DNA of 64,000 nucleotides from Giardia intestinalis (Eukaryota): NCBI GenBank assembly GCA_000002435.2, contig CM018792.1; one strand, 5' to 3'. Shown piece by piece: positions 60,301 to 64,000 of this stretch (position 1 is its first letter; each line of letters starts with the position of its first letter). The notes under the pieces were generated by a model. It saw only the letters and a program-made list of their open reading frames with translations, ran no database searches and was not told where the DNA came from. The position numbers and the translations under genes were made by a program.

Positions 60301-60339
60301 ATCTAGGTCTTGACAAGAAAGACCCCTGCGCTGTAGCAT
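54310..60339 (-). CDS. giant WD40-repeat + C-terminal bromodomain protein (BRWD/PHIP-like)
   Basis: 2009 aa. The N-terminus carries WD repeats (LVSASDDGAVKLWYV). A C-terminal block HPLWFNLIMHRIATGYYTCFRSLINDIRIIAGNWDSFNGDQTIAICAEF fits the bromodomain PxDLxxIxxxLxxxxYxxxxxFxxDxxLxxxNxxxYN pattern. The tail is acidic and Ser-rich. Confidence 0.6.
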   Translation of the reverse strand: MLQRRGLSCQDLDAFHDFSGVIVRNFIVHGHQIHGVGFTPLQLLRKHYLVSASDDGAVKLWYVQGPVVRLVGYLISPVEHHSRIIDLAISQERYVVAMWMDVVIVWDIPLDIADGPELYCSCTYISSSYLRTTQPVGKKSSSLYVNQLEKLLTIKNSPFAIVQSSAIIFLVCIATGDAAIIMELTASSTDAENNRIVWACLNESSTELAIAWTANGLPFITILRTSNIKEVYTDNGSFSLLPWKYISIDGQTLIRGEVCGMHLMHFCIEAPQTEWGLSTVLIFPKYIQYAPNDLLLVVSFHNMSCLLAYSTSEYRGSFAKLDTGSFEDANLASSGSDTSGYRILPFPMVRDLKPWCLTLISVSVVSYCEANTSYWSCTSFFISPDSRYLAAQVKCSNTKFSKNYLVFFELALLYTYISAAPSLALLEQQMVTDEAHDRANEFPLGADESFIERKVSPTSRVILCGCGFGISICCLDLSNHPYFNCAVPATSSSSLPYVWVVSDTMNLENTGLRFLERTGEELPLTISPLDLFLFFLSPDGTQNVWNIRMPCSSQDNEGLVFSDICLSSETGELFVSNVTGQIMSIGIGATFPPSYISPQEQFLFFELPGIFSARYGTDPDESVNSALTASSLLPTEQLSSPTTQPLMIKGAKAILNVTGMKMFHEELSTSISKILSEELAVECHFSDDSCLLFDSPNQLKQLISKLEAKQAEGHFVVSVYCIGRIDTIFRYTLHNALITRLPNLDLRTLTTDHMLKLSIKAPKSMFTGLSVYDTVRYLANYENPLAICSFYGTVYFIPASLEESRQRQSLPSYLEELARYYEKAQKHCYHGFYESIISMRSINELSYLDLGIITPKCASLNAMILCQPAAEFLLDRASSKFLLLENVTTLKDVKQREKIELISDLLNTSEPLFATDVSGFVASSNIELQTKQVKEIQDDNTDVFDDMDNCIARIEEAISSHVVPSVPRRIRNPRRHLINKSGPGESEGSLLSISSLGADELAFESESDVQEQEEESSASISSSASESGAYERSTKDNDSEESLENPGRRKKKRIKDMQDTDSFVYSSSGSDSVAYSEEIETTEEFVLEKNTKKETVEQSKSEPPLKRYIEKVTSATALVKYTKVFLSLQYKTLIKRNIEFMKDFASSTPLVAGKANSYAIPQVGDAILVLPVHYRYSIQFIDSFFDKRITGSTITVLDRLIGPPPETGFYGDAPENPNNKPYLAIIKDIYPQYWQIDKGRPPFVGMPLTLLTILIKPVTSIDQITPLITPDYELLDKLLANERTKNTYNLQITKSHDLVILPLSHSLLLEPRNLIPEFPILPYWSGAYHLRTLSKVLGQWIKYIREGPCASEQVAKCFKASFPSLTFTSDFYCHHGLEYCDLLEDTLLAECLSYPIKLSVLPPAAIQDIRKIKTISDSFPLEAYHRTVPFAPAPEHVLHPQLFALTSRGNVVLRANTASKKASESKTSNKTKQNSSSSSASDTESDSSYESEDTRFQRKHGYIRKLVLSSVQHMSAFFNDTIKKTPYFYSPRSTPRLLMVQTAVRNGSPKRWGDHYIPHAFGLLYHLFLKATTRTDTLKIYSAEALFREHVLDTFFPDAPSDNLTKRQLSKLELEESKSYLVSVCYQLYRDNTFASGLYYFTEDMQVPRDQAQEEIVKQASVWDNIDAQSATFSAETCARIFSILEDLYIRDTNILTYIPASLFSLSLNASGIESSSSQSPVSPLYSSLVTELVPYALEANEITHTNLDFSFVSPQSTTVSTADSSCSTNNDESITFAQIIRSLTVRPFGIKPGNMSGTHTGLRKSSRSRQEHALTFDGIFNPMSILSRMRLFLVLVEAINITLTTSAYRDILLETFANPCGRIKRYAGVVAHPLWFNLIMHRIATGYYTCFRSLINDIRIIAGNWDSFNGDQTIAICAEFCEKLIGNLLLLVRGIAALTDNEYLAICESVRFESSQGDDQDEKSAETSQDLEEVSSSTVSNSDSEPSDDSSSPKPVRNRTSTRQSRKH

Positions 60340-60612
60340 TCGCGGAGAAGTGAAAAATGTGGTGGTAATATCTGTAAGCGCTTTGGACGCTCGTACTCCT
60401 CTGGTAGCAAGGTTATTAAGTGTCTGTATCTGTGTGTTAGGCTGTTGGGAAAAAATAAATCATACGATAGTATATGTGCTTGCCTTGATCTGTGGCCAGG
60501 AACGGATGGTCTGGAGCAGCTCGAGTGTTTGGGCTTCTGGTACACCTTCTTCGCGAAGGGCCGCAAGAAAAAGAGAGATCACAGAATCCAGCATTTTTTA
60601 ATCTGAAGAGTT

Positions 60613-63006
60613 CTAACCCTGGAACCACGTCTCCATGCGTTTACCTAGTAAAGTACTTAGCGAGAGATGTGGATAGCTGTCCCACCTGGGGACCTTCCAC
60701 GAGTGCAAAAGGTGAACAATGAAGTTTTCTCTTACAGAGGAATCTAGGGGGTGTAGATGTGGGGAAAAGTTTGCTTTGGCGCTACTAATAGAACTGTCCC
60801 TACTATTACGTGAGCTCCTATCGTCTGGGCCAGTTATGAAGATACTACATTGCCGCTTGTTGCCGCTGAGGATCGTCTGCAGCTTGCTCTCCCACATGCT
60901 GATTTCGCTTGACGACCACAGTAGTCCTACAAAGAAGCATACATATGTACGACTAAGGGCAAAACATATGGATACAGCGTCGTCTATGCACACCAAGGCG
61001 GCTAGCTCGCCGCTTTGGAGCCTGTGTATGCTGTCTAAAGAGGCATTCATATTTCTTTTCTCACTAATGCTTTCTACTTTCAATCCGTTGTTGCGTAGAG
61101 CATCTGCTAATAAGTCTCCTGTCTCTTTTCCATGTACGATAACTATGAACTGTATTGAATTAAGAGAATAGAATCCCGCAAGCGTATCTGCTAGAAGCAT
61201 CACAGCTACTTCGGAGTCACGCACCTCAATAAGCATGTCATTGTCTGTGCTTCTGTTAGTCCGCGTGTCCCTTTCACCTTCTAAATATAGGATAAAGCGT
61301 TGTTTAGGCCCAACGTACCTTTCAGACAATCTGCTGAGGCAACATATACCAAATATATACGCTAATTCATCTTGCATGCTTACTCCTGATGCTGTCGTAA
61401 TAACTTTTCCGCTTCTTAATTCTCGCTTTTTCAGCTCACAATAACGTGCAAGAAACTCCATCCTTCCGAGAGATAAGCCTAGTATGATTAGTTGTGGATG
61501 TAGGACTTTCAAAAGGCTCACACAGGCAATAGAGATGCATGTTATTACACGGGAGCAAGTAGATAAGATTAGAGAGAGCTCTTTGGTACGCTTTGAAGAC
61601 ATATCTTTGTAATCTTGGGCGTCCGATAATATAAACGTTGACGATTGAGTGTGAATTAGGCCATTTTTATAGAGAGTCAGAAAGTTTTGTGCTGTAAGGA
61701 CGATAATCATCCGTCTTCTACAAACAGTAACGCCTTCGAAGCATGTCTGAACTGCGTGCGTGTATACTTGTGAAAAGGCACCACGAGATGTGATGTCCTC
61801 ATACCCTAGAGCGTAGATAGCAGAGGCACTATCTGGGTTGATGTTATACTCACATGGCAGCTCATAAACCCGTCTGAGCCTCGTTCGCTTCATCACTTTG
61901 ACTTCAGATCCTGAAGACCGCTTTAGAGCCACCTTTTTCAGACTATTTGTCTTTGCCTCATGCGCGTCCTTCTCTTTCAACCACTGCGACATACAACTAC
62001 GCCGCGCTGGCTCGGTATTGTACCACAGATACACCTGTTCTTTCCAGTATGAAATAGAGTTTGTATGCACGATTATGAACAGCGGGAAGCTGTCCTTGTA
62101 CTGGTATGTGCTAAGAAGAGCCTGCGCAGCAACACCCATCTCTGGAGGATCTGCCAGGATGCACTTCCCTCCACGTAAAAGGTAAAACTCTATTGCTTCC
62201 CTCTGCCATGGCCGCAGACTGTACAAGTTTGGAGTGGATGGATCAATACTATACTTATAACTCTTGTGCTCTTCTCGTTTTATTCTATTGTTGGTTATAA
62301 TTACAGGGAGAGACCAGTTTAGTAAGGCCAGCGGAATGCATACATTAGCTCTAACGAGCACTCCGTTTAATCGTTCCGCGGTAAAATTGCGAGTCTTTTT
62401 CTCTATATCTTTAATGTGCTGGTTGTACTCTAATACCGAAACAGTGTATGCTGTGCGAGAACGGGGTACTTTGTTTGAAAGAGTAGGGCAGTCTATAGAT
62501 GCTGTTTGGATTCGCTTTGCGGTGGAGCAACTGTCAATGGCGGTTTGTATAGATTGTGGCACGGAAGGTGTGCTTGATAGACTTTGAACAAATACCACGT
62601 CGATCCTAACAACAGTAACTTCAATTAGTTGACACGTTAGATCTATTATCGCCTTTATTTCTGGTTGTTGCATATGGATTGCTGTCACCTTTCCTTTGCG
62701 GATATCTCTGGATTGGCTTTTGTTGGGAGTACTTTCAGTACCACATAAGGGGCACTTGGTTTGCACAATAATGGAAGTAAATGAAGTGGCAGAAGCTTTC
62801 TTGTCTTCAGGTAGATCCTCTGCTGTGAGTGTTGCTGGTTGAGAAGGTGATACGAGGAATGGACCGGGACTTTTAAGAGGTGGTTCAGTAGCCGCCACAT
62901 TGTCAACGCTGTGCTTACTATCAGTAAGAGCATCTCTTATTGATCGAATAAACGGACATGGACGAAAGGGTTTTGGCTGGGGGATTTGCTCACCTGGAGA
63001 GGACAT
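60613..63006 (-). CDS. SNF2-family helicase-like protein with degenerate ATPase motifs
   Basis: LRPWQREAIEFYLL..ILADPPEMGVAAQAL corresponds to SNF2 motif I, with GKT replaced by AAQ. LFIIVHTNSISYWKEQVYLW resembles motif Ia. KDAHEAKTN sits where DEAHRLKN is expected. The track start is a TTG. The likely ATG is at 63004-63006 (MSSPGEQ). Confidence 0.5.
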   Translation of the reverse strand: MSSPGEQIPQPKPFRPCPFIRSIRDALTDSKHSVDNVAATEPPLKSPGPFLVSPSQPATLTAEDLPEDKKASATSFTSIIVQTKCPLCGTESTPNKSQSRDIRKGKVTAIHMQQPEIKAIIDLTCQLIEVTVVRIDVVFVQSLSSTPSVPQSIQTAIDSCSTAKRIQTASIDCPTLSNKVPRSRTAYTVSVLEYNQHIKDIEKKTRNFTAERLNGVLVRANVCIPLALLNWSLPVIITNNRIKREEHKSYKYSIDPSTPNLYSLRPWQREAIEFYLLRGGKCILADPPEMGVAAQALLSTYQYKDSFPLFIIVHTNSISYWKEQVYLWYNTEPARRSCMSQWLKEKDAHEAKTNSLKKVALKRSSGSEVKVMKRTRLRRVYELPCEYNINPDSASAIYALGYEDITSRGAFSQVYTHAVQTCFEGVTVCRRRMIIVLTAQNFLTLYKNGLIHTQSSTFILSDAQDYKDMSSKRTKELSLILSTCSRVITCISIACVSLLKVLHPQLIILGLSLGRMEFLARYCELKKRELRSGKVITTASGVSMQDELAYIFGICCLSRLSERYVGPKQRFILYLEGERDTRTNRSTDNDMLIEVRDSEVAVMLLADTLAGFYSLNSIQFIVIVHGKETGDLLADALRNNGLKVESISEKRNMNASLDSIHRLQSGELAALVCIDDAVSICFALSRTYVCFFVGLLWSSSEISMWESKLQTILSGNKRQCSIFITGPDDRSSRNSRDSSISSAKANFSPHLHPLDSSVRENFIVHLLHSWKVPRWDSYPHLSLSTLLGKRMETWFQG

Positions 63007-63154
63007 GTATAGGGACAGAATGAAAGTACAGACAGAGTAGGGTAAATTCTGAAGTAGTAAACCTTGATAGCTTGGTGCACAGAATCGTGAGTGTTGCTGT
63101 GTCTTCTGAATGTTAACGCAATGCTCTCTCCAAATAATTGAAATCGAGGCCACG

Positions 63155-64000
63155 ATGACTCTGACTCCCCTGCAGTCTGCGCGCATCATCCTCGCAGACG
63201 ACGTTGGATTTGTGCGCGTTATGTACCCTATGCTTCCAAATCTCAATGGGGGACAGGCTCATCGAATAAATTCGGTCTCCAGATACTCTGTCCCCATAAC
63301 AGCAATGTGCTACGGTGAGACAGAAGAGACAGTCATTATGGCATACAAAGACGGGAAAGTTGAAATATACCATATACCTCTGAAATTCACCGCGTATACC
63401 AATGGTACATACAAATTTGACGAGCCGAAGCTTATAACGTATACAAATATCTCTGTTGTTGTTGATGTTGCAGAGCACCGTGTCTACCGAGAAACAGTGG
63501 ATGATAAGGATCAGGCGCTTAGACAGCGCATTAGTCCACGGGAAATTCGTGCCATAGCATTTGCTAAGCCTAACAATTTGGTGATGATAACGTCCAATTC
63601 GAAAGTGCACAGATTCATTTTAGAAAACAATGATAACGGAAAGCCATCAATCACCTTTATGTCTTCTTTCCAAATGAGTCTAAACATTCAGGCACCAAGG
63701 CCCCTTCCAGCTCCGACGTTGGGCGATTTTGTGCAGGAAGAGCCGCCTCCAGAACTGCGCAACGCTTCTTCTGAGGCATATATCCTTATACCTATAGGGC
63801 AGAAAATATATGCTGCATGCGGTGGATGGGGTCATGCCCCACGAATTTACGACTCTGCTTCTGGGAAGGTGGTCTATGTGCCCCGCGACCCTCCTCCCTC
63901 CTTTCCAGCTCGTGCCGCTCTTCGATTCATAGCTACTTGTTTCTGCTATGATGAGAAGGATGGCATCTTTGTTGTTGGTGACATGGACGGATGGATACAC
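63155..64000 (+). CDS. hypothetical protein, 3'-partial (ORF runs off window end); not in supplied ORF track
   Basis: The ATG at 63155 opens 282 codons with no stop to the window edge. The frame is coding-like and begins MTLTPLQSARIILADDVGFVRVMYP... It diverges from the gene at 60613..63006. Competing minus-strand ORFs here are low-complexity. Confidence 0.45.
   Translation, partial: MTLTPLQSARIILADDVGFVRVMYPMLPNLNGGQAHRINSVSRYSVPITAMCYGETEETVIMAYKDGKVEIYHIPLKFTAYTNGTYKFDEPKLITYTNISVVVDVAEHRVYRETVDDKDQALRQRISPREIRAIAFAKPNNLVMITSNSKVHRFILENNDNGKPSITFMSSFQMSLNIQAPRPLPAPTLGDFVQEEPPPELRNASSEAYILIPIGQKIYAACGGWGHAPRIYDSASGKVVYVPRDPPPSFPARAALRFIATCFCYDEKDGIFVVGDMDGWIH

Noticed and set aside
1-64000. 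Search for tRNA genes, CRISPR arrays, transposon ends and telomeric TAGGG repeats.
   Set aside because: No cloverleaf-compatible GTTCGA T-loop contexts were found in the intergenic spacers. There are no CRISPR-like arrays or TAGGG tracts. The only tandem repeats are the VSP spacer micro- and mini-satellites and the VSP units themselves.

Overview
The window reads as nuclear DNA from the diplomonad Giardia (G. intestinalis-like): about 50% GC with no visible introns and very short intergenic spacers, though the unusually long 35153..37113 gap is called out below. Six consecutive cysteine-rich CXXC-repeat proteins each end in the Giardia hallmark ...GAIAGISVAV..GGLVGFLCWWF(I/V)CRGKA-stop, followed by the conserved ACTTAGGTAGTGAAT-type extended polyadenylation signal. 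The window also holds several 'protein 21.1'-type ankyrin genes and a NEK kinase. Many first 'M' residues in the supplied ORF track are really GTG/TTG codons, which I checked against the DNA, so starts were moved to the first in-frame ATG where noted. About 30 genes can be called. Those recognisable from sequence are: CCT-alpha (5' partial), cyclophilin, a HECT E3 with an N-terminal multi-TM domain, C2H2 zinc-finger proteins, and a HeH/LEM-like putative inner-nuclear-membrane protein. Further calls are Nfu, an Sfi1-repeat protein, a NEK kinase, tubulin cofactor B, an EEP-family nuclease/phosphatase, a Derlin, a WD40+bromodomain giant (BRWD-like) and an SNF2-like protein with degenerate ATPase motifs. 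The stand-out feature is an ~11.8 kb head-to-tail VSP array (37114..48551). It holds one intact VSP with a signal peptide, then five VSP-homologous cassettes that have no signal peptide and, except for a fortuitous ATG contributed by the conserved 3' flank of the preceding unit, no start codon. All six sit in one reading frame, separated only by short GATAGT/GGTGATA repeat spacers, and include a near-identical 1.8 kb duplicate pair showing gene-conversion-like mosaicism. A ~2 kb non-coding gap containing a ~72% GC island lies immediately upstream of the array.
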